From contig CM120643.1 of assembly GCA_051362555.1 (NCBI GenBank), positions 18,790,848 to 18,854,847 of the forward strand: DNA of 64,000 nucleotides, in the 5' to 3' direction. The position numbers and the translations under genes are program-made. Under the pieces are notes generated by a model that had not been told where the DNA came from, made no database searches, and worked only from the letters and a program-made list of their open reading frames with translations. Position 1 is the first letter of the stretch; each line of letters opens with the position of its first letter. The stretch is from Lingula anatina. Its lineage: Eukaryota; Animalia; Brachiopoda. Below are positions 27,457 through 40,741 of this stretch, piece by piece.

Positions 27457-29061
27457 ATGATGCTGTGGATGTTTGTGATGCTGCTGTGGTCAGCAACAGT
27501 GAGTGGACAAGACTGCCCAGCCAGTGCCCCCTGCACCTGTCACCAACCAAGTTCACATGACCAGTGGTCACTCATTGACTGCAGTCATCAGTGGCTGGGT
27601 CCAGAAGTCCCATCCTTCCAACAGTCTCAATATGACATCGAGGCTCTGGATCTCAGCAACAACTTCATTTTGCAAATCCAATCCCATGCATTTTGGAATG
27701 TTCGTCGTGTGCGACGTCTGCTGCTACAACACAATGAGATATCACAGGTGGCTCAAGACAGCCTGTCCAATTTAGAATCACTTACTTTACTGGATGTATC
27801 AAATAACCATTTGACCAGCATACCATCTTTAAATGATATGTCACAGAGCCAATGGACACTTAATCTGTCTTATAATCTATTGACCGAGGTGTCCATTGGG
27901 GCTTTTCTATCGTCCAATCAACTAAAAAACTTAGACCTAAGTTTTAATCGCATAACTGCACTGCCTTCTCACGTCTTCGATGGGCTGCAGTTTACTTTAG
28001 AAGTGCTAAACATATCTGGAAATAAGTTGCAAGCCATCCCCATTGAAGCTCTTCAACAAATGTATCGCCTGCGCCATTTATCTGTGGGACAAAACAACAT
28101 TCACTCACTAGATGGAGCCACTGTTGGTATCCCATTTACTGGGCTATTATCATTTGATGTATCAAGCAACAAACTAGCTTCCTTACCCGAAGGTGCATTT
28201 AACAACTGGGCACACATAACAACACTTAATTTAAAGAATAACAGTATCACATCATTGCCAATAAACATCTTTGCTCATGCTGTCTCATTGGAGGCCATTT
28301 ATCTATCCCATAATAATATCACGGGTCTTGAGGGAGGCATGTTTCAGAATCTCTCCAAACTTCAGTATTTGGACCTCAGAGTAAATCCAATCCAATGTGA
28401 CTGTCAGTTGGTTTGGACTTGGACAACTGGACATATAGTGGACATAGGTCAGTGTGAATCAAGTCAGAGAAAGATCCCCCTGCAGGACTTTGCCCAAAAA
28501 TGCACCACTTTTTCTCAGGCTTCTGCCAATATGACAGAGAAAAACCCTCAACATACAAAAACAACAGTAGTATTCACAAGAACAATTCAGTCACAAACTC
28601 TGGGAAAAAATGGTGAACAGATTCAAACATCAACAACCAAGATTCCTTCCACAGCAAGGGGTTTTAAAACGAAAAACACCTTGGTGACAAACACTGCCTC
28701 CTCTGTGATTGCTTACTCAACAGAGGGCATTCATTCTGCCACAGATTTTATAAATACGAGGCACACAACTCAGATGCCACCAGCGTTGCCCAGCAGTCGA
28801 GTCTCACCCTGGGATAATGTAATTACAATAGTGTTACCGATAATTGCCGCACTTGTCACTATTGCCCTAATTGTATTTGGATTGATTATTTATCGAAGAA
28901 AAAGAAACATGAAAAAGAATTTTCATGCCGTGAGGTACCAGGTCGGGAGAGAGACTTGTGCAGGCTGTGGACAAGGTGGCATATTTATGCCCGACTCTCA
29001 ACCCCTGACATCAAATAATAATGGCTGCCATGTTGCAAATGGTTTTCATGAAGTGACATGA
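27457..29061 (+). CDS. Single-pass leucine-rich-repeat membrane protein (about 534 aa), nested antisense in a DHODH intron
   Basis: Acceptor ctattttcag at 27450 and ATG at 27457. Signal peptide MMLWMFVMLLWSATVSG, LRRNT (CPASAPCTC...C), about 11 LxxLxLxxN repeats, LRRCT (NPIQCDC...C...C), Thr/Ser-rich stalk, TM helix (VITIVLPIIAALVTIALIVFGLIIY), RRKR stop-transfer and a short tail. AATAAA at 29594. Confidence 0.93.
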   Translation: MMLWMFVMLLWSATVSGQDCPASAPCTCHQPSSHDQWSLIDCSHQWLGPEVPSFQQSQYDIEALDLSNNFILQIQSHAFWNVRRVRRLLLQHNEISQVAQDSLSNLESLTLLDVSNNHLTSIPSLNDMSQSQWTLNLSYNLLTEVSIGAFLSSNQLKNLDLSFNRITALPSHVFDGLQFTLEVLNISGNKLQAIPIEALQQMYRLRHLSVGQNNIHSLDGATVGIPFTGLLSFDVSSNKLASLPEGAFNNWAHITTLNLKNNSITSLPINIFAHAVSLEAIYLSHNNITGLEGGMFQNLSKLQYLDLRVNPIQCDCQLVWTWTTGHIVDIGQCESSQRKIPLQDFAQKCTTFSQASANMTEKNPQHTKTTVVFTRTIQSQTLGKNGEQIQTSTTKIPSTARGFKTKNTLVTNTASSVIAYSTEGIHSATDFINTRHTTQMPPALPSSRVSPWDNVITIVLPIIAALVTIALIVFGLIIYRRKRNMKKNFHAVRYQVGRETCAGCGQGGIFMPDSQPLTSNNNGCHVANGFHEVT

Positions 29062-32000
29062 GGATCTAATGAAAATGCTAGCGACCTTAAGGATTATTTT
29101 TGAACACATTTTTGCCTTTCATCTCATGATTTATGCTATTTAGAATGTTTTTGCAAATGAGAATGTTTTCCTAATGAAAGTTTTTTGTGAAATTCTTGAA
29201 CAAGATTTTCATTTTCATATCGTAAAAATTGAAGAATTTGTGGGATTTCAAAGATCTATTATGTATATATCTGGTTGATTGAAAACAGGAAGGAGATAAT
29301 TCGCTGTTACCTTGGCTTTACCAAATGAACCAATATTTAACAACCAAGGAAAATGTGTGAGTGGATTTTAAAATGAACAATTAAACCAATTTTGAAAGAA
29401 ACAATTTACCACAATGTTTAACATTTCCTTTTTTGTAATTATTTTGAATTCATCTGAACTAAGACATCCATTGTTTTCATGACAAGAGCTGTTGTAACTG
29501 TCATACAAAACTTAAATACCCATATGTATATACAAAGATGAATGTTCAACAGCATCAAAAGTATGTTTACATCATTTTTCCTGGATATGAAAAAATAAAA
29601 TGTATATACTCAAAAGAAAATGGTGGGTTATTACACACTGACTTCAAATGAAGTTTGTTTTTCAATGACTTGTTTCTTCACTAAATGTTTTGAATATAGA
29701 TCATCTTTCAGCTATATGATAATGCAACACTCATCCATCATCAAACTAGAATGATTAAACTTTAGATATGTATTCAATTGTAAGTTGTGCAATTATTAAC
29801 AAACAATTTTTATAACATCCATTTTCTATAAAAATGTACCAAGCACATATTTCTGCACTTATCTAGTAGGGATTGTATCATAAAATTCCATTTTTCTACA
29901 CTCACGCAGCTTTGAACTTATTCATCTTACAGACAATTCTTGATACTTATATTAGATATAAAAAAGGGCAGCACTGAAGTTATACCCCGTAAAATTTATG
30001 TGTCAATGAAAATTCGACTTGTTGCAAGAGGACACACCAGCCTCTATCTCAATGCGACCTATAACCGAGACAAAAAAGGGCAGCAATAATATAACAAAAA
30101 GGAGCCAGTTTCACTTAAAAAAAAATTGAACCTTATAATCAATTGAAAATCTCAGGCCCAAAATTTGGCCTTCACTTTAGGATAAATCAAAAGTAATCCA
30201 CTTAAATAAAGTGAGTATTGGAATGAAACATAAGCCATATCACTATTCTCATGAAACAGATACAACACTTCATTTCATTGGACACGCACTGACAAATATA
30301 GGCAAGCAGAAGACACAAAAATTTGACCAAATTTCAGGCAGCAGTTCTTTTGTGAAACAGGCCCTAAATGTCATAAAATTCCAAGGCCACACCAAGACTG
30401 AACTTAACTGTCACCTATGTCAGAGACACACTAAAAAAAGGCAGAATGGATGTAAAACCTCATAAAAACCAGGTGTCATTGGGTGAATAAATATGGACAA
30501 CAATGCAGATAGAAAAAAAATTGTGAAAGACGGGGTCTGCACAATCTCATGCTCACTTTGACAATTTTCAGGCCACTTTTCTTGTCTGCTGGCTCTCATT
30601 TCCTGTGTATTGTGCAAGGACTACACAGCTTCGTGTGCTCAAACACACTGAAGAGCATGCTCTAACAAGAGCATTTTATCTGTCCCTGGGCCCTTCAGAT
30701 GGTTAACCAACATGTTCACCAAGGAAGACATGACCCTGGATTTCACCTTATGAATTATTATGTGAAATTTAAATAAGCTTTAATGGCTTATTCAAAATGA
30801 AAATCATTCATACATTTTAATTCCACAAATTTTCTTTCATAAGATAATTTTCCTATAGTTCTGGATGAACAACAAAAATTATTTTTCTCCTAAGTCAGTC
30901 ATGATGAAAATGTTTTGGGCCTTAACAGTGGATTGTGATTTATGTAATGCGAAAAATTCCTCTCCTTAAGCTTCAGGAGAAAACCTGGGGGTCTATTCTA
31001 AAATTAAGGGACAAGCTAGAACATCTGGATTTCACCCAAAGAAACACGATAAAGATGTATTTTTTGTATTTTTCTTACCAATTCTAGAAATGAAATGGCC
31101 TTTCTCTTGTTTTCTTTGCCCCTGAAAGAGATCTTCTCTTTTAGTGATACCAAACAAGAGTTATTGAAAACTGTGCAGAGTCCTAAACAACAACAGGCAA
31201 AATCAATTGTTTACAGCAATATAATGGGAAGAATTATGAACACAAGCCAGGAGTGTGTTTGTGTGCATGTATGTATGCAGACGTGCCCGTGTGCATATGT
31301 TTGTGCATGCATATATGTCACACTGGTATACTGTGAGTAAGCGAAGTGTATGCGTGTGCATGCCTCTCAAAATACGTGCTGATACGAATGTTGCATAGCA
31401 TTGTAAATGCACATATGGTAATGATCTTCCTAAATTTAAATTAACAAAGATCAACCTTTATTACTATGAGATACCATGCAGTTTTATACTTAAGAGTATG
31501 CTTTATATCTTACACATATTTATAAGAGGAAAACCTCTGATAATAAAATCTCAATATGCACCTGATTTAGAACTGGGCACCATTAACGTTTTTTCCTCAA
31601 AAGATGGGGTGGTGCTAAGATGAATCCAGACCTTTACATGAGCCAAGTTATCTAATAATCTTTTTTTTTTCAAAGGCCTCTGATCTTTGATGTCGGCCAG
31701 GGACGGAGCAATTATCCCTATATAACATGGGTGGCAGTCCCCTAATCATCCCATCCGTCAGGCAGTAACAACTTGGCTGTCTTGTACTGTCAGGATCAAG
31801 TCTTATTTATGATATGGCCTTGTTTTCAAGCCAACAGTATTCCTTATTCTCATACATGCAAACACAGACATTTTGCATTACACAGGGATACATTTATATT
31901 TAAATATGTACTTCTGCTTATGTTTACTTTGATCAAGGTCAAATTTATCGGCATTTTTAGCATGATACTAACAATTTGGCCTTAATCAGGCTTTAATATA

Positions 32001-33559
32001 AATCAAAAATATTTAAAAGGTTTTAAAAGGTATTTCTTTTCTTGTCACAGTCATTAATTATTATTATTCTTTTTTTTTTTTGGCCTTGGTCAAATGCTTT
32101 TATTTTCCATCAAACCATTACCTACCATAATTACTTTTTTGGCTTTGGTTTTAATCCAAAATTTCCTCCACATCAATGACAAATTGGCAAAATGGTTAGA
32201 AAAGGAAGCAATCATATAAATTCATTTTTTATCATCCAAAACACATTATATTTTTATTTTAACAATTACAGACACCAGTTTGTCTGGTATGACAGGGTCC
32301 TTTCTCCATTTTCCCAAAGACAAATTACATTTCACTTAGCTAGTTAGAAAATATCAATATATTTTTTTCATCCCAGTTAAAAGAGGGACAACTGTGATTC
32401 CATCCCTTTTATCTTTCACACCTATCACTCTTATTCCCATTACACAGGTGTTCTTTTATAGCCTGATGCAGCTAAGCAGGTGTAAAGGTCATAGAATTAG
32501 TCTTCTTCTTAATCTTCTTATATTTTGCCAACCAAAGCAAATTGCAGTTTCTTGTATGTCTGGGTCTTATTCTTATTTGCTGGTACAAATGATATGTTCA
32601 TTATCCTCATCGAACCAATTTTAAAATGAAATAAATGCTGAACATCACCCTGATTGAATTATATTAACAGTACCTATAAGACTTCTAGAGTAATTTTTAA
32701 AAAAACCTGCAGTTGCATTGCTTTGTTCACATTAGAAAATATTATATCAATTTATGTGTGATTTGAGAATTTCCCATAGTTTTTTTCAACAATTTTCCTG
32801 AAAGTAGCAATGTAGATGCTACTAAATTAACTTACCAACTCATAAATCCTCTTTTTAAATAAAAAATGAAGATTAACGATTTCCTTTTCTAGCTGGTTGG
32901 TCTTAAATCAGTGTAACTGGTCAAAAATATCAGTTACACCCTTAAAAGACCATCATAGGTAAAACGACAGCTAATTAATCAATAAGTATCCATGTTACTT
33001 ACTTACAACTGAAATATGACATGTAATTTAAAACAAGCATCATCATGATTTAGACTAAAAAAATAATAATTATAGTTATAATTCATTCCTTTCCATGGCG
33101 GTCCCAATATAATGTTGTGAGTGGTCTGAAAACACACCATCTGGTATTTTATCTCCACAACAAGCATTATTTTCAGTGGTAAGTATTAACAGAGTCACCT
33201 TCATGCCAAGTGCCATCTAACTGGCAGTTTATAGTCTAAGAGTGTAATTTCTTTTATAATTGCATCACTGTGAACAGGTTTAAATATAATTTATATACCT
33301 AAAATATAATTCTGTCATATTTTGGGTTAGCCAATGCTTGAACCATTGCGAAAGGGTATAAATATCATTCACACCCCTAAATTTTTGTTTCACTGGTATT
33401 GAATCTTAGATATCAGTGTTGGCTCATTTTGTCATATTTGGTTGCCCTACTCAAACGCCACATATATTATTACCTAAATGATTTTATTTACGACTGTGTT
33501 TACACATGCAATTTAAAAGTCCTTCAAATTAAAACAAGTATATTAAAATAAAGACTTAC

Positions 33560-33750
33560 ATTATCTATTAATTCTTGTAACTGTTGTTTCCCTTGTAGGT
33601 CCCGCAGGCCAGGGGTATTCGGACTTGAAATGTTGATGACAAGATAGTCGGTTACCTGACCAAACTTATGGACTCCTTCCACATAATCAGCGACTGCATT
33701 CTCAGATTCCTTATTTTTGCCTAGATTTATGCCAAGTATTCTTCTGGGAC
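33560..33750 (-). CDS. DHODH: DHODH exon with the catalytic loop (191 nt)
   Basis: [27 protein letters not shown]...[20 protein letters not shown]; catalytic Ser in [11 protein letters not shown]; ag / gtaagt. The next exon is 29.7 kb away. Confidence 0.97.
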
Positions 33751-34708
33751 CTGATGAATCAGATACATAAATATAATATAATTATATTGTTAACATTAAT
33801 GGCGCTTTATGTTTTATGCTTTATGTTTTCTTTTTACTGGTGTAAACACAACTTTGAGGTAAAAAAAAGTTTTTTTTCTTTATCAAGAAAGACATGAGGA
33901 TCAGGATGACATAAAGCACATCACATGGCCATCCGCACGTTAAGTTTTTAAAGCAGTTGTTACAGTAGTAGTGTAAGCAACACAAGTAAAATTAACAGCA
34001 GAAAAATACTAAATTTGTTTGGATAGACTTTTAACAAAGAAAACTGCTGTCCAATATTGCGCCTGTTTTATAACAAGAAAGAAATGGCTACTGAACAATT
34101 ATAATAGTAACTTTATGTTAGTGAACCTCCACAAATTAATCCTGAATATCTAGCTCAAAATTTTCTGCCTTTGAGTCAAATTTGAGATATGACCAACTCT
34201 TAGTTTTATTATCTATCCAAATTTGTTGAAATAAATTGCTATTAATCCATTTTTGAGTTGTAAGTTTTGTAAGCTGTAAGCTTTTTCTAAGACACTACTT
34301 CAATGGAGATGGAAACTAGTGAATTATTAGCACGCTGAAATAGAACAGTGATCAAGAGCAATGTTTAAGTATCCAGGAAAAAGACGTAATTGCTATATGA
34401 AAGGTCTACTGCTCATTTAATGCCCTTCAGCTCTTCAGTGAAATTCTCCTGCTGAACAGACAGGGAACTGCAATTTCACATCACATTACACAAGCACCCG
34501 TTACTATTATTGACACAGACTGTTCATGTGTAGGAAGGGCACACATGCTGACCCCACAGGTTTAGGTATCAGTGTACCGTCTTACACAGGTTTAAATACT
34601 TTATATTTCATGTGGATTTTTAAATGTTGTTTATGTTTTGTCCTATTATGTTAACGTTGGAAAACTTGCTTATACACACACATTTTTCAACTTTTTTCTT
34701 TTCTACTA

Positions 34709-34750
<42 letters not shown>

Positions 34751-34934
34751 GCACTTTCTCTCTCTCTCTCTCTCTCTTCTCCACAAATCCCCCCCCCCCT
34801 TCAAACAAAATGTCCCTCCTACCATTCCAACATAATTTTTTTAATTTCTTTGAGATTTATTCTTCTTTTCATTTTACTGTGTTTCTCTAGATTTCTTATC
34901 ATTTTTTTCCCTTTCTATACTGTTATGTTGATGA

Positions 34935-35181
34935 ATCTGCAAACACACACATAGAGGCACATGCACGCACTTTTAAACTTACCCTTTCTATATATACTAT
35001 AAGGTTGATGGTCTTGCAAACACACACAAAACATACACATGCACTTTTAAACTTACCCTTTTGATACATATTGTAAGGTTGATTATCTTGCAAACACACA
35101 CACACATAAAACTCGCACACATACATGTAAACTTACCCTTTCTATTTGTATTGTGAGGCTGAAGATTTTGCAAGGACACTT

Positions 35182-35221
<40 letters not shown>

Positions 35222-35225
35222 ACAC
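34935..35225. repeat. ~75-bp minisatellite (about 4 units) ending in (CA)n
   Basis: Repeated tgcaaacacacac...aaacttaccctt...aggttga. Confidence 0.75.
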
Positions 35226-35455
35226 AGAGGATGGGCTACTCTCACCAATGAAAATGTAAGTCATCGTAAAGACAATCATGATTTGCTTTACGGGGACAAT
35301 TACCCCCCCTCCCCCCCCCCCCCCCCCCCCCAATGAGGTAAGCGGACATTTATTTTCTATAAGAAATGCAATTTTAAAAAATGTCATTTTTTCAGATTTA
35401 GTGTAAGTTTAAACTGCAAGAAATCTACACAACAGAGGTACATTTGACTTCCAAC

Positions 35456-35494
<39 letters not shown>

Positions 35495-37581
35495 ATATTC
35501 CTAACAGTTTTTACTAAAACTAACTACTAAGACTAATATTTGACCATTTATTTCCAGAAACTGGCCCTGTTGAAGACACTCTTTGGCCTTCAAAGTACCT
35601 AATATTACCAACACTAACCTAAGCAGCTCACTTCCGCCTCATAGCTGATAAACATATGTCTTTTGCAATTTTCTGGCTAGTTAACTCACAGCAAGTCCCA
35701 TGTTAAACTACTACCAAATTGCATTACCTCACTGAGTGCAAGTCTTACATTTAAAACTCATTCACTTCTAATTACTTCTTTACCTGTTTTCACTTTCACT
35801 GGCAAATAATTTAATTAAGTCTTTTCCTAATGCATAATGACTATAATTCTTCCTATGAAGATTTTTTTTCAGTTTAAATGTCTTACAAAACTGTTCTTAT
35901 GTATTACATGTCCCGGTAAAAGAAAAACTTTGACTCTCCTTAGAGTGAAAACGTGCCTTCTTCTCAAATATATTTTTCAGATGGTTGATTCTCCCAAGCA
36001 CCAACTTAAAAAATTGTCTGTAGATTATTTTCAGATGATTTATGACAAATAATTTACCTTCTGCAAATATTTTAAATCAATGCTTTCAAACACACACCAA
36101 AATATTTTAATCCTTTAATTTGGTAACTTTGAAAGCCGTAAATCATTAACTTATTCCCTGACACATTAAAGAGCATACAGTTGTATCCAACTCTTTCTAC
36201 TCTAGGCAGATTTCCAATTCAAGTAAGTGGTTAAGTCAATTTACTTATTAACTTATTTTAAGTCAAGTATGTCTGCAATCATTTCCAGGATTACAGTAGC
36301 AGAGTTGCTCTGGAATGTGCAGAATTTCTTGTTCAGAAAACTGGTTTCTTTTCTACTTTACATCCTTCATTCTTTCTTTTTTTTCCTCCTTTCATTCTTT
36401 TTCTACTGAATAAATATAGCAAAATTGGTTGTATTATAGTCATCACAATCCAGTTTGTCCTACAGGTGAAGCTTTTGTCCTACAGGTGAAGCTGATTTCA
36501 GAAAAGAACCTCAACCCAACATTTGGTCTCAACTGTAAGTCCAAAATTTTAGTTTACCTTGATGTAAGATAAATCTGTATCAGTCTACCTTCATGAAATA
36601 TTGCATCCTTTTTATACAAAGAAAGAAATGGCTAGTATTTTGACTGACAGTTCCTATTTCTCGTAGACTATGTCTGTACTGGATTAATTGTGAATTCCAG
36701 TGGATCAGGATTTTCAGTTTAAAAGTTAATTATCAAATATCACTCATAAGTTATTTTGTAAAACCAAACCAGGTCCTATAGTTTGTATCACACTCTAAGT
36801 CAAACAAAGGTTGTTTATTTTCTTAAAAAACCCATTAAATACCTTAGAGCCAACACTACCTCCTTTCTTTAATATCAAATTCAATCTGAGAGAACAATTC
36901 AAATTCCTTTGTACAAAACAGCATGCATATCACTTAGTATATATCCTGAAGGTTAAAAGAAAGGGAAAAGCTTTCATCCTAAACTCCTCCTGAAAAAATA
37001 AATACTTGTAAAAAACAGTTTACTTAGCAGAAAAAAAAAAATTTTTTTTTGAAAATACTTATTCAGAAATTAACACAAAGTAAATTTTGGAGAGGTCACA
37101 TGAAATTTACTGCGATTTACACCCCCAACTGACTAAAATGTCTGACAATTTTAAAACAAAATGTGCTAAAAGCCATGCTTAACATTTTCAGATGTGACTT
37201 ACTGTCAAACTCTGATTATTCTAAGGTCGGGCCAATTTTAATTTCTAACCACGTGGGTGACCTGAGACTACACAACCTACACCAAGCAGAAATCGTCTCT
37301 CACGTTTCAGCAGATGGCTTTCTATTTATCACATTTTAAACCTTAATCACAGGAGAATAGAATTTTATAAACTTAAATTGGATAAAAAGTGTGTTGTTTG
37401 TGTTACTAAAAGAGGACAACTTGCTGTAATGGATTACATAATGTCATCATGTTTTCATATCCAGTTACTAGTACGCTGAACACATTTTATAGACCCTTTT
37501 TTTCTATGCAACTATTTTCTTTAATCATACTGATATAATTTGCTTAGGAGGGCCCAAGCAGAATTTTTCAAAGTTATCACT

Positions 37582-37901
37582 CAGGCCTACCCAACTACCA
37601 GACTCTGCACTGAATGATCCTGAATTCACTGGTAGATCGGACCACACTACCAGTTTTCAAGGTGTGCGTCAGAACGCGCTTCGAAGTATCAGATGCGACA
37701 CCGCTCTTGCCTAGTACGCGATGTGATAGTGATTTTTCTCAACGAGGTTGGAAAGGAGTGCATCTCACCTCAAAATTTGTTACGGGGTATGATACTGTGA
37801 AGTGCGTACTGACGCACACCTTGAAAACAGGGTTAGTGTGGTCCAATCTACAGGTAAATTTGGGATCATTTGGTGTGGAGTCTGGTAGTTGGGTAGGCCT
37901 G
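37582..37901. mobile_element. MITE, CAGGCC termini, 5-bp TSD TCACT (family A, short copy)
   Basis: caggcctacccaactaccagactc / gagtctggtagttgggtaggcctg; TCACT on both sides; colinear with 58537-59505. Confidence 0.9.
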
Positions 37902-38809
37902 TCACTGGACAATGGATTCACATTTTTCAGACTTCATATGAGTTGCTTAACAGTATCTACATAGACTATTTCTCTCCAAAATATCATTTAGTTTTATTAA
38001 GTTGATTCAACCAGTCTGTCTGTAAAAACCTTATTTCAGGTTTGTGTTATCTGAAACACTTTAAATTAAAGAAACTACAAGTACAGGGTGGCAACATATC
38101 ATCACATCAAATTGTCAAATCCACTGGAAACATACTTTGATCCCAATTATGTGAAATGATTTTGACAAGAGGGTGGTGTTTGGCAGTAAATTTTTTTAAA
38201 TTATTTTTTCTTTCTTTTTCTTTTTTTTTCTTCTTTATTAATTCTTAATGCACATTTTTACAGCCTCTCTCTCCCTCTCTTTCTTTCAAACACATACACA
38301 CACACAAACACTTTAAATATATGCAAACAATTTATACTTAATTTCTTGATTTCATATTGTCTACTGAGTAAAGAATGCTACAGCTGAGTTTAGCAAAATT
38401 CTCCCCTAACGCACTCAAAACCAGAGCAAACTTTTACTGACTGTATTCAAAAATCTTATAATTACAATAAATAAATTTGTCCTCACTGCTTATGGATAAA
38501 AGGAGGACAATGATGAAGTTGTTTTATTATAAGTTAGAAAAGCATGTTTAGTAAGCAACCATAATAGGCATAATCTTTTTAAAGCATAGGGTAAAAACAT
38601 TTTATAAATTCTGCTCAGAACATTTAGTGAGAGTATGCTGAATATTTGTTATACAATAAAACATCTCTGCTATTAGAAAAAAAAAGCACAGAAAAGGAAC
38701 AAAGCAGTAAAACAGAAGCCTTTTATTATAAGTGAAAACTTTAGGGCAGCCACTCAGCTCCCAAAATTAAACAAAAGAAACTAAAAGTATAAAATTTTGA
38801 GACACATAC

Positions 38810-38899
38810 CTTTAGGTGGAGTGCGCTCAAACTTTGGAAGCCACAAGGCAAAGAAATTTTCATTCAAAAAGTTTCTTTCATCAGGCCACCCTGGGGGTT
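38810..38899 (-). CDS. DHODH: Candidate extra/cassette DHODH exon (90 nt, phase 1-1)
   Basis: Acceptor ctatctacatttgtag and donor aag|gtatgt; open in the required frame, (E)PPGWPDERNFLNENFFALWLPKFERTPPK. No homology evidence. Confidence 0.45.
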
Positions 38900-39449
38900 C
38901 TACAAATGTAGATAGGCCACAGTCAACCATACACTTGCTAACACATCAGAGGTATCGACTGAACAGACACTTTTTTCCTGGCAAACAGTTCTTTCAAAAT
39001 AAAGTTCTTAATGCACCAGGATGCAGAATGGGATGACCCCAAGTTTTATACACGGGTTATGTTCTGAGAAGATGTTCGAAAGTCAATTTGTTTGTAATTC
39101 TAACACAACTATCCTACAGAAGAAGTACTTTGTAAGTATGTTGCTTTTTTAAAAGTTCATATATGAAATGCAGCGCTGTACATGAAATAAAGATTACAAA
39201 AAATTGATATTAAAGCAAACATTTAAGTTCATAATCTTTCTGGAAAATGTGGCACAACTGGTTTCCTGACTTAATTGTTCATAATACAGGGAAAATAGTT
39301 TCAATAAGTGTCAACTCCATGAAGATAACTTGTTCAGTCAATATCTCTTAAGTGTAGCAAGTTAGAAGAAATTTTACTTATATTCAGCCTAGGTTTACAG
39401 AAATTATTTCTAATTAAAATCTTAATCAATTTCTTATGTGCATACATAC

Positions 39450-39655
39450 CTAAATAATGTTTTACTCTGTCATCGGATTCCGCGATTTTGTCCTTGTTCT
39501 CTGTTTCAGTGTAATTCACATCACTGCCCTCACTTTTTACTTCAGTAACTGCATTTGATTCAGCAGTATTAATTAATAGTCTATCTTCTTCACTCTCTCT
39601 CCAAATTTTTAAGCGATTATATACTTGATCATGACCATGACTGTTAAATCCATAT
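39450..39655 (-). CDS. DHODH: DHODH exon (206 nt) with acidic insertion
   Basis: (R)YGFNSHGHDQVYNRL followed by about 50 charged residues up to the donor tag|gtatgt. Confidence 0.9.
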
Positions 39656-39912
39656 CTGTAAATAATAATATTGAAAATAATAAAAATAATATTAATATTT
39701 TTATGTCACTCTTTATTTGTATCATAATTCTGAAAACTGATGCTTTGATAAAAATTAATTATGCCTGATAAGGTAATCAAAAAGTTCTTGGTAGCAATTT
39801 GGGATCATGCCTGCCAAGAAAACATGTTTTTGATACGTAACAACATTACGTGAGAAGATGTAATAATATGACAATTAGGTGTTTGATAATTGGTGACTGA
39901 AACCTAGGAAAA

Positions 39913-39916
<4 letters not shown>

Positions 39917-39997
<81 letters not shown>

Positions 39998-40002
39998 TTT
40001 TT
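39917..40002. repeat. (AT)n microsatellite followed by poly-T
   Basis: Seen directly. Confidence 0.95.
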
Positions 40003-40106
40003 CCCCAGGGCTAATTTGCTCAAGTGTGTGTGTGTGTTTGTGTGAATGAGTGAGTTTGTGCATGTGTATGCAAACATACATCACAGGCATATCACATAAA
40101 ATACAC

Positions 40107-40306
40107 CTGTTTATCACAGCTCTATCTTCTTTCAGCCTGAACACCCTGGGTTTTGGGTTTCCATCCTGGGGTTTGGGAGTGACACTTCCGACTTCTACAA
40201 AGCCAAATCCCATTTTATACAGTCCATTCATTGCTTCACCATGTTTGTCAAACCCGGCTGCCACGCCCACTGGGTTGGTAAAATGCTGTCCCCAAACTGT
40301 GGTTGC
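40107..40306 (-). CDS. DHODH: DHODH exon (200 nt)
   Basis: [66 protein letters not shown]; hallmark class-2 DHODH motifs. Confidence 0.98.
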
Positions 40307-40516
40307 CTAGGCAATTAATTATTATTTGAAAATATTATAGATTACAATTAAGTGTCATTTAATGCCTTATTAACATTTAGTCACCTTCATTCAGAGTTGA
40401 CCGTCAGTTAAGCAAATAGGTCTGACACATTATAGTGTATTTATTAATCACAGGATTAAATAACTAAAAATATACGCATTTATTCAACGTAGCCATTAAT
40501 GACCCTCAGAACTCAC

Positions 40517-40741
40517 AAGTCTTGGTGTGTCAGCATATTTTGACTTGGGTACTAGACCATACTTTGCTGCTTTGATGGCAAGGTTGTGGGCTGTCTCAGC
40601 ACCAAAAACTCTCTGAATAAACGGCATAAAGCGTTCTCTATAAAACCTCTCATTACCACCCCAAACCAATGTCGTCCAGAATATGGCTGTTGAACCACCA
40701 ACGATAATTGCTGCAGATGTTATTTTGCTCATCTTCGGCGG
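40517..40741 (-). CDS. DHODH: DHODH N-terminal exon (membrane anchor and quinone-tunnel helices); ATG at 40732
   Basis: Acceptor tttttcaacag; (PPK)MSKITSAAIIVGGSTAIFWTTLVWGGNERFY...GAETAHNLAIKAAKYGLVP; donor gtgagt. An upstream UTR or short coding exon must exist but was not pinned down. Confidence 0.93.

Noticed and set aside
34620-35387. Short ORFs rich in CV/HT/ER repeats (also 13277, 47517 and the 39875 tail)
   Set aside because: These are translations of microsatellites.
36454-36493. Exact 20-bp tandem duplication (similar 17-bp one near 17780)
   Set aside because: Ordinary slippage or repair duplication with no further structure.
37614-37964. 116-aa and related ORFs (also 59330, 57406-57751, 52337-52740)
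   Set aside because: They lie within non-coding MITE arms and show no protein motifs.
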